From Thalassotalea marina (GTDB lineage: Bacteria; Pseudomonadota; Gammaproteobacteria; Enterobacterales; Alteromonadaceae), in contig NZ_BNCK01000006.1 in NCBI RefSeq assembly GCF_014656435.1, positions 1 to 64,000 of the forward strand: DNA of 64,000 nucleotides, written 5' to 3'. How positions within the stretch are numbered: position 1 is the stretch's first letter; the number at the start of each line of letters is the position of its first letter. The notes beneath the pieces were generated by a model that was given only the letters and a program-made list of their open reading frames with translations, made no database searches and was not told the DNA's origin. The position numbers and the translations under genes were made by a program. Shown here piece after piece: positions 52,459-63,426 of this stretch.

Positions 52459-54006
52459 TTATTCGTTTTTAGCTGTAATTTTAAAAGCGTAAGCATACAT
52501 ATGCTCAGCTCTAAAATGTTCAGGATTAAATTCAGGCATATTGACCACTAAGTCTTTTCCTTCATTTTTCCAAGACAAAATTTGCTCACCCGCTAACAAG
52601 CTCACTTGACCCTGTTTTGGTAAATTAAAGTCTTTAATGCGCAATGTGTTACCGGGCCATTTAGGTGAAATCGCATAAAGTGCGTTAGTTTTGCGGGTAA
52701 AGAAGATATCTTTGGTCGCATAACCTGGTTCAGGATCAACCGTCAGTTTTAAGATATGTTCACCACTGACATATCTGTCATCTGATTTATATTCGCGATC
52801 ACCTTCAGACCACTGAACGGGCTTATGCCAACGTTGTGTCCCGTAAATTGCCTCACCATTAACCTTGAGCCACTGACCAATTTGCAACAACCTTTCTTGC
52901 ATGATCACCGGAATATTGCCACGCGCATCAGGCCCTACATCTAACAACAAGTTGCCACCGTGACTAACAATATCAATCAAGGTTAACACTAACGCGCGGG
53001 TTGAGGTGTAATCGGCAATATCTTCATTTTGGTTATATCCAAATGAAAAGCCCATGCCACGGCATTCTTCCCATACTCGGTGTAATTCACCACTTTCATA
53101 TTCTGTTGTGAGAAAACCACCGTGTTTTTTATACGTTTCTTTACCCCAGCGATCGTTAACCACAACCTTTTCTGCCACAGGTGATTCGTTGTATAACCAA
53201 GCCAACAATTCTGGCGTTTTCCAATCATCTGATGGCATGCTCCATTGGCCATCGGCCCATATGAGATCGGGTTGATACCGGTTAACCAAGTCCTTAAATT
53301 GTGGATAGAAGTGTTCAGTGACATAAGTTGGGCGCTTTGCCTCATCCTTCCACATTGGGTGATACCACTCATATAACGAATAATACAATCCCAGTTTTAA
53401 GTCTGTTTTGCGAATGGCTTGGCTAAACTCACCCACGAGGTCGCGTTTGGCACCAACTTCCATGCTATTCCATGCAAAACCACGTGAATTGGCTTCTTTA
53501 CTCGGCCAGAGAGTAAAGCCATCATGATGTTTGCTGGTTAAAACCACGTAACGAGCACCGGCGTCACTAAATAGTTGTGCCCATTCATCAGGCTCAAATA
53601 AGTCGGCAGTAAACTGCTGTGCTAAATCATAATAGCTGGTGTTTTCACCGTACGTGCTCACGTGATGATCTGGAATTTCATTTCCAGTAAATTTTCCGTT
53701 ACCCGACAATTTTCGCTCTTGCAACCAATATTGATACCACTCGGCATAGGTACCTTTGGGCGAATATGCTGGCACCGAATACGGCCCCCAATGGATAAAA
53801 ATACCAAATTTAGCGTCAGCAAACCAAGGTGCCAACGGGCGCGAATCGAGTGAGTCCCAATTAGGCTGATATTGCGCCACAGTTTCGTCAAGTTTTAAAG
53901 TTGGCGTTGTTGCACCAACAGTTAAACTGATACCAGCCACAACTAAAGGCATAATTTTGCAAAACAGTGCCTTGCTCAACGACGTTTTTTTTAAAAGATG
54001 CTTCAT
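52459..54006 (-). CDS. Alpha-L-fucosidase (GH29)
   Basis: YVVLTSKHHDGFTLWPS catalytic-nucleophile region. Signal peptide. 515 aa. 21 bp upstream of the GH88/105 gene. Confidence 0.8.
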   Translation of the reverse strand: MKHLLKKTSLSKALFCKIMPLVVAGISLTVGATTPTLKLDETVAQYQPNWDSLDSRPLAPWFADAKFGIFIHWGPYSVPAYSPKGTYAEWYQYWLQERKLSGNGKFTGNEIPDHHVSTYGENTSYYDLAQQFTADLFEPDEWAQLFSDAGARYVVLTSKHHDGFTLWPSKEANSRGFAWNSMEVGAKRDLVGEFSQAIRKTDLKLGLYYSLYEWYHPMWKDEAKRPTYVTEHFYPQFKDLVNRYQPDLIWADGQWSMPSDDWKTPELLAWLYNESPVAEKVVVNDRWGKETYKKHGGFLTTEYESGELHRVWEECRGMGFSFGYNQNEDIADYTSTRALVLTLIDIVSHGGNLLLDVGPDARGNIPVIMQERLLQIGQWLKVNGEAIYGTQRWHKPVQWSEGDREYKSDDRYVSGEHILKLTVDPEPGYATKDIFFTRKTNALYAISPKWPGNTLRIKDFNLPKQGQVSLLAGEQILSWKNEGKDLVVNMPEFNPEHFRAEHMYAYAFKITAKNE

Positions 54007-54133
54007 TTAAGTTTCCAATAGTTTTAACACAGTTTTGCTTACCCAAAATGGGAAGGTTCGGCCCAGACTCAGCTTAAAGGAGAAACATATAAGAACTAGG
54101 CCTCACCTAAAACAAAACTTTTTGCGTCAATGA

Positions 54134-57091
54134 TTAAAAGCGATATTGCACCCCTAAGTTATATTTAGCACCAGCACTAGCAACATAGTTAGTTAGCTGG
54201 CGATATTTTAGGTAGCGTTCGATATCTTGATCATCAACATTTACCGCAGAAAACGTCACTTTTAGATCTGGGCTGATATTATAGTTGGCCGAAATATCAA
54301 GCTGCCCCCTCTCGTGCTCCATCTCAGGTAAAAACTGACCTGTGCCATAACCTAAAATAGTGTTGGCGTTTCTTACAAAGGTGTCGCGCCAGTTATAAGC
54401 AAAACGTAAACTAAAGGTGCCATCGTCATAAAAAGCAGTTACGTTATAGCTATTTTTTGATAGTCCAACACGTGGGATTTCACTACCTTCGTCATCAACC
54501 ATTTCGCTGTTTTCAGTGCTATAGGTGTAGTTTGCACTCAAACCTGCATGTTGAATAATTGGTAACTCAGTAAAACCAAAAGATTGTACCCAGTTGGCTT
54601 CGAACCCTTTAATTTTTGTACCAGGCAAGTTAACCTTTTGATTTACTTTGTAAAGTAAACCATCAATTTTCATGTCCAGCTCGTAGTCAGGATAACCAAT
54701 GCTGCTGTCGATGTCTTTATAAAACACTGCACCTGCTAACATGCTGTCTTCATTCATGTACCATTCAACTGAAAGATCTAAGTTGTCTGCCAGCATGGGT
54801 TCTAGATTAGGGTTACCGGCACTGCCTGAGCCGTCATAACCAGGAATGCTGTCCTCACCATCAAGAGAGACACGAATTCCTGGTGATAAATCAGTTACCG
54901 CAGGGCGAGCAATGGCGCGATAATAAGCCCCCCTTACCAACAACTCTTCTGACAATTCAACATTGACGTTTAACGTTGGTAGCAGGTTGTTGTAACTGCC
55001 TTTTAACGTGATTGGATCCCACTGATCCGTTTTGATTTTGTAAAAACCACTCGATGTAGTGTCTGTTTTCACATAACGTAAACCTGCATTACCAAACACC
55101 CCAAAACCAGCAACTTCAGTATCAAAATCGGCTCTTACATAAAGTGCAGTGGTTTTTTCTTTTACTTCGTAGCTAGAACTTAAAATTTCGTAGTAGCCAA
55201 AGCCTGTTTCAGGATTAATTGCACGTAACTCTGGCAAGCCAAACATTTCTTGGAAATAATCGAAAGTACAAGTTGCGTCAATAACATTGCGATTAATATT
55301 ACCACTTCGGTGTGACATGACGTTGCCATCAATCACTTTATGGCACTGCAATGCTTTTTCCGCATATGCCTTTAATTGAGGATCGGTATTGGCATCAGGG
55401 TTTACCTTAATTTCACGTGCAGCAAATGCAATTTGTTGATCGCCAACAAACTGGTTTTTACTGGCGTTATAGTTAGCGTAGCGCTTGCTGTTAAATGAAC
55501 GTTCAGCAATGCGCGCGCCCATTTTAATTTGGGTAAACACTTCACCGTCTAACAGGTATGTTGCGTCAAATTTTAATGATGTGTCTTTATTGCGAACGTT
55601 TGAGCCACCACGATCCATTTTTACATATAAATAATGAGGATCCATGACATTCGCAGAGTCAAATGGTACAAGCTTGTCAGGTGTTTCACTGTAAAATGGT
55701 GCTTCGTACGCCTGAAAGTCAACAATATCTGAATTGGTTAAATCAAAATCGACGATGCCTGACCAATCAGCAGCACCAAAGTCTTTATCATGGTTCCAAT
55801 CCACCATCATATAGGTTGAATTTGAGTTAGTTTCTTTTGTACCTTTTGCATAAGAAAGTTCAGCACTTAACGATAACTTGTCGTTAACGTCGTAATCACC
55901 GCCTAAAGTGAATTTCTGCGACTCGGTATCTGAAAAGCCATTTGACGGTAAGCCGCCCATTCTAGCATTAGCACCGCTAACGCGACCTTTGGTCATGTAG
56001 TAAAAATCGCCATTAGGTTGGTTGGCTAACAATTCATAATGATTATCGCCACTGGCCATAGGCATCGCCTGTGGTCGACCAAGTCGCATACCGTGATATT
56101 GAGAATTTCTAGACCAGTTATCACTCGATGTGTACGTTGCATCAAAAAATATATTGGTAGCATCGTTAGGCTGCCATTGTGATGATAAACCCAGTGAATC
56201 ACGCTCAGATTCTTTTTGTAGCACACTAACAATGTAAAGTTGCTTCATGTAGAAAACATCGTTTTTATCTGATACGCCGTCCCCATTGGTATCAATGGCA
56301 TCATCGTAGCGCCATTGACCATTCTCACCACCTTCTGCAAATGGCGCAGCTGGGACCATATCGCCAGTTCGCCTTAACCAACCGCCAATACCATCGTCGG
56401 TACCGTCTGAACTTTCCGTGTAGGAGGTAACCGTTTTACGACCAGCAGTTAACATTAAGCCAAAGTCACCTAAAGCGGTATCGCGCAATTGCTGACCTGC
56501 AATCAAGTTGAAATCAGGCTCTACTTTGTCATTTTTTTCTAGGTACTTAGCTTTGGCTGAAACGTTAACAAAGCTAGGTTTATCCATTTCCAACACACGT
56601 TTTGTTTGCAGGTTGATGGTGCCACCAAGTGAGCCTTCAATACGATCAGCTGTTGGCGCTTTTAGTACTTCAATACCGGAAAACAACTCAGAAGGAATAT
56701 CTTGAAAGTTAACACTGCGGTTTGCACTAGTGCCTACTAAGGTTTGGCCATTAATTTCAACATTGTTATTAGAAATACCACGAATCTGTACAGTAGAGCC
56801 TTCTCCATCTGAACCTCTAGACATTTGAATGCCAGTAACACGCTGTAATGCCTCAGCAATATTTTCATCTGGCAGCTGGCCAATGTCTTCTGCCGAAATA
56901 ACATCTTTAATTTCTTTTGAGAAACGCTTTTCGTTCATCGAAGCTTTAATACTGCGCTTAATACCAGTAACTTCGATTACCTCAATTTGTTCTTCAGCTT
57001 GCGTTTCATTTTGAGTTTTAGCTTGCAGCTCAAACGGGGAAATAAAATACAACATTAATAATGTTGCCGCGTTGTAGGGAGACGTTTTCAT
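54134..57091 (-). CDS. TonB-dependent outer-membrane receptor
   Basis: TonB-box-like IEVIEVTGIK. Plug then 22-strand barrel length (985 aa). C-terminal ...QYRF. Confidence 0.85.
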   Translation of the reverse strand: MKTSPYNAATLLMLYFISPFELQAKTQNETQAEEQIEVIEVTGIKRSIKASMNEKRFSKEIKDVISAEDIGQLPDENIAEALQRVTGIQMSRGSDGEGSTVQIRGISNNNVEINGQTLVGTSANRSVNFQDIPSELFSGIEVLKAPTADRIEGSLGGTINLQTKRVLEMDKPSFVNVSAKAKYLEKNDKVEPDFNLIAGQQLRDTALGDFGLMLTAGRKTVTSYTESSDGTDDGIGGWLRRTGDMVPAAPFAEGGENGQWRYDDAIDTNGDGVSDKNDVFYMKQLYIVSVLQKESERDSLGLSSQWQPNDATNIFFDATYTSSDNWSRNSQYHGMRLGRPQAMPMASGDNHYELLANQPNGDFYYMTKGRVSGANARMGGLPSNGFSDTESQKFTLGGDYDVNDKLSLSAELSYAKGTKETNSNSTYMMVDWNHDKDFGAADWSGIVDFDLTNSDIVDFQAYEAPFYSETPDKLVPFDSANVMDPHYLYVKMDRGGSNVRNKDTSLKFDATYLLDGEVFTQIKMGARIAERSFNSKRYANYNASKNQFVGDQQIAFAAREIKVNPDANTDPQLKAYAEKALQCHKVIDGNVMSHRSGNINRNVIDATCTFDYFQEMFGLPELRAINPETGFGYYEILSSSYEVKEKTTALYVRADFDTEVAGFGVFGNAGLRYVKTDTTSSGFYKIKTDQWDPITLKGSYNNLLPTLNVNVELSEELLVRGAYYRAIARPAVTDLSPGIRVSLDGEDSIPGYDGSGSAGNPNLEPMLADNLDLSVEWYMNEDSMLAGAVFYKDIDSSIGYPDYELDMKIDGLLYKVNQKVNLPGTKIKGFEANWVQSFGFTELPIIQHAGLSANYTYSTENSEMVDDEGSEIPRVGLSKNSYNVTAFYDDGTFSLRFAYNWRDTFVRNANTILGYGTGQFLPEMEHERGQLDISANYNISPDLKVTFSAVNVDDQDIERYLKYRQLTNYVASAGAKYNLGVQYRF

Positions 57092-57672
57092 AATTTTGTA
57101 CCTTCTCTTATTGTTATCTAATTTTCTGACTTGTTTCTGAGTTATTATTTTCTACATTCTTTTATGATGTATGATATCTGACATGAGTATGCCACTAAAA
57201 TAAACAAATGAAAACACCAAGAGACATTTCGTAACATTATGAAAGCTGATGTGCGACAAAGACAAGAATATGAAAGCAAGAGAGGCTTGACAAAAACCAC
57301 CTCAACCCTTTGTTTTTCTTGAGACTTATTTAGCCAACACTTTAAACCAACTGAATATTTACACCCGAGATAAAAATTAATATACAGCTTATATTCTGCT
57401 GCGTTTTTAACGTTTTTAAACAAATACACAGCTGTACAAACCTTGCACTTGTCTGACATCTAAGGTTAAAGTCAGAATTTTAAATTGAACATAGAGTTTA
57501 GGTGTGTTTAAGCGCTTGCTACCTTACTTTGTCAGTAAAAAGAAAACACCTTGGTAGCTATTAGCCAAAAAAGATGGGAATAAACATGGCTACGTTAGGC
57601 CGTAACTTCGTTGGAATATATCTATTTAAATAAAGAGGTGGCTAACCTACATGTTAGCCAACCTCAAAACCG

Positions 57673-60486
57673 TTAGAACTTAAAGTTCATGCCAACACCA
57701 TAACGGGGGCCATAATCGGAATATGAACTGAAGTGAGTTTCAAATCGTCCATAGCTATGATTGGTTTCGCCATTTAAATTCACCGCTTCAGCAAATACGC
57801 TTAAGTTATCGTTTATCTCATAACTTGCGCGTGCATCAATTTGAGCATACTTTTTAACAAAGCTAGGCTCTGTACCTAAACCACTTAGGTATTTGTCACG
57901 CCAGTTATAGGCAATACGCGCTTGCAATGGCCCTTGATCGTAAAAGGCTACCAAGTTAAAGGTATCGCTAAGCCCTGTTAAAGCAAACGATTTTTTCCTA
58001 GTAGTTAAATCAGGTTTTGCATCAGAATCAACCCAAGTGTAATTAACCGTAAAGCCAAAACCACTTTCAAAACTGTGGGTTAAATTAGCTTCTATACCTT
58101 CAATGCTGGCATCTTCGCCATTACGAGGTCGAGTCACCTCAAATGACTTCCAGCTTTCGTTGGCATCAACACCTGTTACTTTGATATCAAAGATTTCTGT
58201 CGCTGTAGTGGTGATAATGAAATCTTCCACATCTTTGCGATATGCCGCTAGAGAAAACATACTAGACGGCGCGTAATACCAAGCTAAAGAGATATCAAAG
58301 TTTTCTGAACTATAAGGTGTCAACCTTGGGTTTTTACCTGAGGCAAATCGGTGAGTTTTTGTGGTGTAACCAAAGCTCATTGATGGTGCCAGTGAAGTCA
58401 ACCCTGGGCGCGTTAGTGTTTTTGAATATGCCGTTCGAAGAATCAAGTCATCTGTTATCTTAAGGGTAAAATTCGCCGATGGTAACCAGTTATCATAGCT
58501 ATTGTCAGCACCATCAGCACTAGCGCTATCACCATAAATTTTAGTTAAATTATCTTTATCATCTTGCTGTATCAACTCAGCTAGGTCGGTAATTAACCCT
58601 TTAGATGTTTGATCTGTATCGGAATACCTAATACCAGTGGTTAAATTCCACTGCATGCCAGAAACCTCTCCCGAGAAAAATAGATCGGCGTATAAAGACA
58701 ACACCTTTTCTTCTATAGTAAAGGCGTCCAAACGCTTTTGCGCAGTCCAACCGCCATTTTCAGCGACGGCCTTTTTAATGGCTTCACGCATTAAGGTGTT
58801 TTCTTCATCACTCTTTTTTGGATCGGTTAATAAGTCAATGGTCGCAGGGTTTTCTAACAATGCCCATAAGGCATTACTGTTAACCACGTAATGGTCGGCA
58901 CTTAACTGTGTAGTATTAGGGAACAAATTACCTGGCGTTACAATGGAAATCACATCAGAGGTTAACGGCACGTTTTGTCCATAGTGCTGATACACTTTAT
59001 TTAAATCATAGCCGTTAAGGTTTGACGGTGTGCGATATTGCTCATTGATTTTGTCTTTTTTAACGTAATGTGCGCCAAAATTTGCTCGCACTAAATAATC
59101 AGTGTCGAACTCATAGGTAAAGTCCAGCTTCAGTTGTTCATTATTACCTTCATAATAAGAGCCAGACCGTGTTTGACCACGTGGTTGCAACTTTGCAATA
59201 TTGGCTTCATTAATAGCAACTGCTGCTGGATCACGAGGAATTAATGACGGGTAATCACCAACGGTAAAGTCAACGTCGTAGCCTGACTGATTCACCATCT
59301 CTATGATCTGCACACTGTTGAGACCTCGGTTATCGTTTTTTGCTTTGGAAAAAGCGACATCAGCATTTAAACGCAATGCGTCTGAAATTTGCCACTGAGC
59401 ATTTATCCCCAACATAGCTGTGGTTGATGGCCTAAAACTGTTAGAACTGCGAAAACCGTATCCTGAAAAATCATCAGCATGTGTAAACTTGCCCACCGTT
59501 CTAAGATCGTTACCATGATCTATTACTTCAGCACTTTCTAACGCCCAAAACCAATTATCAGAACGTTGCCCTAACGAGTTAACATCAAGCTTTGAGTAAA
59601 TGCCGTCTAGGGTTAACACTAAATCATCATTAACTTGATATTGCGCAGCAAAATTAGCTCCTAAACGTTCGCGGGAGGTTTGAGTGTAGTTTCGATACAG
59701 TTGCTGAGGTCGGTAAACATTGCTTAGTGTTTCATCTTTTTCTACTTTGGGCGCACCATGTTCACGAAGTGGGATACTACTGAAGTAACGCATTAACGCA
59801 CTGACGCCATAATTTTCTGATTCACGCTTTTGGTAGGTAACCGATCCGAGTAGCCCCAACTTGCCGTCTAAGAAGTTGTCGGTAACAAAAATAGAGCCAT
59901 TAGGTGTGTATTTTCCGCTATTATCTTCCAATACAGCCTTTACATTTCCAGCGATTGTTGGTTTATCAAAATCAAACGGTTTTGCTGTTTTGATGTCAAC
60001 TAAACCGCCTATGCCGCCTTCCATCAAGTTAGCATTAGATGTTTTGTACACATTGACCTTGCGCACCAATTCAGACGCTACAGTGTCAAAGCTAAACGAG
60101 CGACTGCTATTATCTGTCGCAATTTCCCTGCCGTTAACAATCGTTGTACTAAAAGAAGGGCCTAAACCGCGAATACTCACGTAACGACCTTCACCACCAC
60201 TACGACTAATCGAAACACCTGTCACCCGCTGCAATGATTCAGCTAAGTTGGTGTCTGGGAACTTACCTATATCTTCAGCTGAAATGCCATCAAGTATTGC
60301 ATCGGCAAATCGCTTTTCATTCATAGATTTAACTAAGCTTGCTCTAATGCCTTGTACTTCGATTCGTTCCACTTGATCAGCGTCAGCTCCTTTCTGATCG
60401 AGTTGCTGCGCTTGCGCAAAACTGGATAATAGCGCCAAATTAATTGCTATAGTCAGTTTTCCGATATTTGTTTTTAACTGTTGCAT
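57673..60486 (-). CDS. TonB-dependent outer-membrane receptor (paralog). Start at ATG 60486 with an AGGAGG RBS
   Basis: Signal peptide MQQLKTNIGKLTIAINLALLSSFAQA. TonB box IEVQGIRAS. C-terminal ...MNFKF. The track's 60519 start is GTG. Confidence 0.85.
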   Translation of the reverse strand: MQQLKTNIGKLTIAINLALLSSFAQAQQLDQKGADADQVERIEVQGIRASLVKSMNEKRFADAILDGISAEDIGKFPDTNLAESLQRVTGVSISRSGGEGRYVSIRGLGPSFSTTIVNGREIATDNSSRSFSFDTVASELVRKVNVYKTSNANLMEGGIGGLVDIKTAKPFDFDKPTIAGNVKAVLEDNSGKYTPNGSIFVTDNFLDGKLGLLGSVTYQKRESENYGVSALMRYFSSIPLREHGAPKVEKDETLSNVYRPQQLYRNYTQTSRERLGANFAAQYQVNDDLVLTLDGIYSKLDVNSLGQRSDNWFWALESAEVIDHGNDLRTVGKFTHADDFSGYGFRSSNSFRPSTTAMLGINAQWQISDALRLNADVAFSKAKNDNRGLNSVQIIEMVNQSGYDVDFTVGDYPSLIPRDPAAVAINEANIAKLQPRGQTRSGSYYEGNNEQLKLDFTYEFDTDYLVRANFGAHYVKKDKINEQYRTPSNLNGYDLNKVYQHYGQNVPLTSDVISIVTPGNLFPNTTQLSADHYVVNSNALWALLENPATIDLLTDPKKSDEENTLMREAIKKAVAENGGWTAQKRLDAFTIEEKVLSLYADLFFSGEVSGMQWNLTTGIRYSDTDQTSKGLITDLAELIQQDDKDNLTKIYGDSASADGADNSYDNWLPSANFTLKITDDLILRTAYSKTLTRPGLTSLAPSMSFGYTTKTHRFASGKNPRLTPYSSENFDISLAWYYAPSSMFSLAAYRKDVEDFIITTTATEIFDIKVTGVDANESWKSFEVTRPRNGEDASIEGIEANLTHSFESGFGFTVNYTWVDSDAKPDLTTRKKSFALTGLSDTFNLVAFYDQGPLQARIAYNWRDKYLSGLGTEPSFVKKYAQIDARASYEINDNLSVFAEAVNLNGETNHSYGRFETHFSSYSDYGPRYGVGMNFKF

Positions 60487-61032
60487 TCTAGTTCCTCCTG
60501 CGAATAAATTGAGAGGCACTTAACTACGTCAAACAACCACACGTAATACATATGCTTATATGATAAGTAGTTTCAAAATTCCTCTTAAGCGTTCAATGAC
60601 CACTGATAAGTAGCGTCATTTCATTTGATGATTTTTGTTTTTATCAGATACAACCATCAATTAAAGTCATCTAAAGCTATGTTAAACATCAAGTAAACCA
60701 ACGCAAAACCACCCAACAAACCCTCATTAAAACAGCAAGTTAAACACATAAATCCCAAAAGGCATCATCTGTTTTTAATGCTGACATCTGTAATAAAGTG
60801 TTAAATGTGCACGAATCGGCAAATCGGTATTTGTTCACATATCACCCAGACAACTTGTCTGACATCCTACAACCCAAAAACCAGAATTGCTACTTTTTTA
60901 AGCACAAAACCCACTCCGAACCAGAAAAAACTGTAATATGTCACCTTATATGATATTAATAAGTTTGCTTTTGCGAAGATTAAGCCGCGTTGAGTATTTA
61001 TCAGTACTCGTTTCAGAATAAAAGAGGAATAC

Positions 61033-62292
61033 ATGAAACCTTTATCAGCACGTCAATTAACCCTGCCCTTTATCATCACTAGCCTTTGTGCTGGTATTAC
61101 CGGTTGCAATCAAGCTCAACAGGCTAGCTCAAACATTATCGAACTTAATGCAGTTAACCCCCTGAGTACTGACGTTGCAAACGCACCAATTAAAATTTCG
61201 TTGCAACAATTAACTGCTAGCAATAGTCAAGTTAACGAACAATGGGTACTCACCCAAGGTAACAACACCATATCGCAACAATGGATTGATACCGATGCTG
61301 ACGGCAAAGTTGACCATTTACTGGCAATAACTGACTTTAACGCCAATGAAAGTAAAGCGCTGATCCTTAGCAGCAATAAAGTAAAGGCCGCAAAAGATAC
61401 GGCTCAACGCGTTAATGTAGAGTTGGCGATAAAACAAAATGCCGAGCTTGTTGACGGTATATATCAAGGTGGAGAATTTAATAGTATTGATAAAGTCATT
61501 GTACCTAGTGAACATAAGGTGGGTGATCAACTTTATCGCTTTGAAGGGCTAGGTTGGGAATCTGAATTGGTAGGTTACCGCCTATATTTAGATCACCGAA
61601 ATACTGCTGATATATTTGGTAAAAAGCAAACCGACATGGTATTGGCACACGTGGGTGAACCTGGCAGCAACTACCACAAACCTGCAAATTGGGGCATGGA
61701 TATATTAAAAGTAGGCCCGTCGTTGGGTATGGGCAGTATTGGTTATATTGAAGAAGGAAAAGCACAAAGAATTAGCAGTGCTCGGGTTATCGACGCCACT
61801 ATTATTCAAGACGGTCCTATACACGCTATAGCCCAAGTTAGGCATTTAGGCGCAAATTACCAGCAAACACCATATCACTTGACCAGCCAATACAGTATAC
61901 ATGCTGGTAGTCGTTTAACTTGGCATCAAGCAAGCATTGAAGGCGCATCATTACCACTAGTTGCTGGTATTGTTAAACACCAAAACACTGAATTGCTTAG
62001 CTCTAACACCAACAAATCTTGGGCTTATATCGCAAGCTTTGGACCACAAAGTGAAGCGAAAGATGCTCTAGGTATGGTGATGTTTTACCAAACGAGTGAA
62101 GTACAAAAGGCCGCAGAAGATGATTTTAACTACCTTATTGTATTTAAAAATAAGCTGCAAAAAGTTAACTACGCCTTCGCCGCCGTATGGCAACAAGATA
62201 GCAGTGGTTTAACATCAAAAAGCCAGTTTGAACAATGGCTAAACCATGAACTAGACAAATTAAACAACCCTATTGAGATTCGCGTGCGCTAA
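61033..62292 (+). CDS. Lipoprotein of unknown function, divergent from the TonB-dependent receptor/GH genes
   Basis: Lipobox LCAGITGC|N. 419 aa. I assign no motif confidently. Confidence 0.5.
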   Translation: MKPLSARQLTLPFIITSLCAGITGCNQAQQASSNIIELNAVNPLSTDVANAPIKISLQQLTASNSQVNEQWVLTQGNNTISQQWIDTDADGKVDHLLAITDFNANESKALILSSNKVKAAKDTAQRVNVELAIKQNAELVDGIYQGGEFNSIDKVIVPSEHKVGDQLYRFEGLGWESELVGYRLYLDHRNTADIFGKKQTDMVLAHVGEPGSNYHKPANWGMDILKVGPSLGMGSIGYIEEGKAQRISSARVIDATIIQDGPIHAIAQVRHLGANYQQTPYHLTSQYSIHAGSRLTWHQASIEGASLPLVAGIVKHQNTELLSSNTNKSWAYIASFGPQSEAKDALGMVMFYQTSEVQKAAEDDFNYLIVFKNKLQKVNYAFAAVWQQDSSGLTSKSQFEQWLNHELDKLNNPIEIRVR

Positions 62293-62711
62293 TTAATTTA
62301 CTTAACCTTAAGCGGCACCAGGACTTATGGCTACTCAAACAATTGTGGTAGCCATACCAGCCTCGCTAAAAAGAGCACAACTCAACGATTAATTTGCAAC
62401 TGCAAACCAAATTTGACATATCGAATCCTTTCTTTTCTCAACATTTTTAGGCAAACTCCCACGCTAAACCAACGTTGAAGCTACCAATAATTAAAAGCAC
62501 ATTGCATACAGATTTAAAACAGCGAAATAAGCAATTGTTTTTATTCACACCCTATATTCAAAAATAATCAGCTTTTTATTTCCTAGCAATTAGTTAGCGA
62601 CTTTGTTACAAAAGTAACACTAAATAAATTAACCGTATACGAATTTGAAAACTCGATTCAATACAACAAACAGATGAAAAATACACCTCATTGTTAACTT
62701 AAGGAAAGCCG

Positions 62712-62906
62712 ATGAAAAAGTTTGAATATAAAATTGTTGATACTCGAGATGTTGATGCACCAGGATTATTTAAAGGCAAAAAGCGCGAAGACGTCGAAGC
62801 CTACTTAAATTCATTTGGCGATGAAGGTTGGGAGTTAGTAAATGTTGATTTTCGTGAACTTGAGGGTGGATTAGAGTTTGCAGGAATAATGAAAAGAGAG
62901 AGCTAG
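62712..62906 (+). CDS. Small conserved hypothetical protein (64 aa)
   Basis: Compact ORF with a GGAAAG RBS-like sequence. Its stop abuts repeat copy B. Confidence 0.45.
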   Translation: MKKFEYKIVDTRDVDAPGLFKGKKREDVEAYLNSFGDEGWELVNVDFRELEGGLEFAGIMKRES

Positions 62907-62920
62907 ATACATTACTTTCT

Positions 62921-63007
62921 GTTGATTAATTTACCATTAGCTGCCTAGCGGCAGCTAAAAAACTGCTATTGCTTATTGATGGGGATAGGATTCAGTTGTG
63001 TTATGTA
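62921..63007. repeat. Copy B of the ~85-bp imperfect repeat (see 46-128)
   Basis: Same 29-bp core with the palindrome. It lies between convergent ORFs 62712-62906 (+) and 63001-63354 (-), overlapping the stop of the latter. Confidence 0.7.
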
Positions 63008-63354
63008 AGTGGAATATCACCATAACCCCAAATAATTGTTCCTATAATTGCTAGTATAGGGCTCAACATTTTCGCAACACTGTGTGACATTTTCCATGCT
63101 ACGTTTAAATTTTTCAAATTATCGACACCTTGCAACAATATAGATTCTGCAATAATAGCGAATATAACTAATAAAGAGCCACTGCGTTGAAACCATATGT
63201 GTGGCGCTTCTCCTTTAGGCGGTTCAACTATAGAGAACAAAACTAACATAGGGGTTAAAATGCCAAGAAAAACCAGAAAATAACTCATAAAAATTAAATT
63301 TTTGCCATTTAAATTAAAAGCTTTGCCCACAATCAGACTCCTTTCTCGACTCAC
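63001..63354 (-). CDS. Small hypothetical membrane protein (three predicted TM helices)
   Basis: 117 aa with hydrophobic segments. Confidence 0.4.
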   Translation of the reverse strand: MSRERSLIVGKAFNLNGKNLIFMSYFLVFLGILTPMLVLFSIVEPPKGEAPHIWFQRSGSLLVIFAIIAESILLQGVDNLKNLNVAWKMSHSVAKMLSPILAIIGTIIWGYGDIPLT

Positions 63355-63426
63355 ATAACGAATGATTTAAACTCTCCATTCGGCATTAATAATCTTGGGT
63401 GTCCAGATAAATTCCCTCACCCTTTG

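Noticed and set aside
57145-57459. 104-aa ORF in the AT-rich spacer between the two TonB-dependent receptor genes
   Set aside because: Low-complexity Cys/Lys-rich translation in a promoter-like AT-rich region with no RBS. More likely non-coding regulatory DNA.
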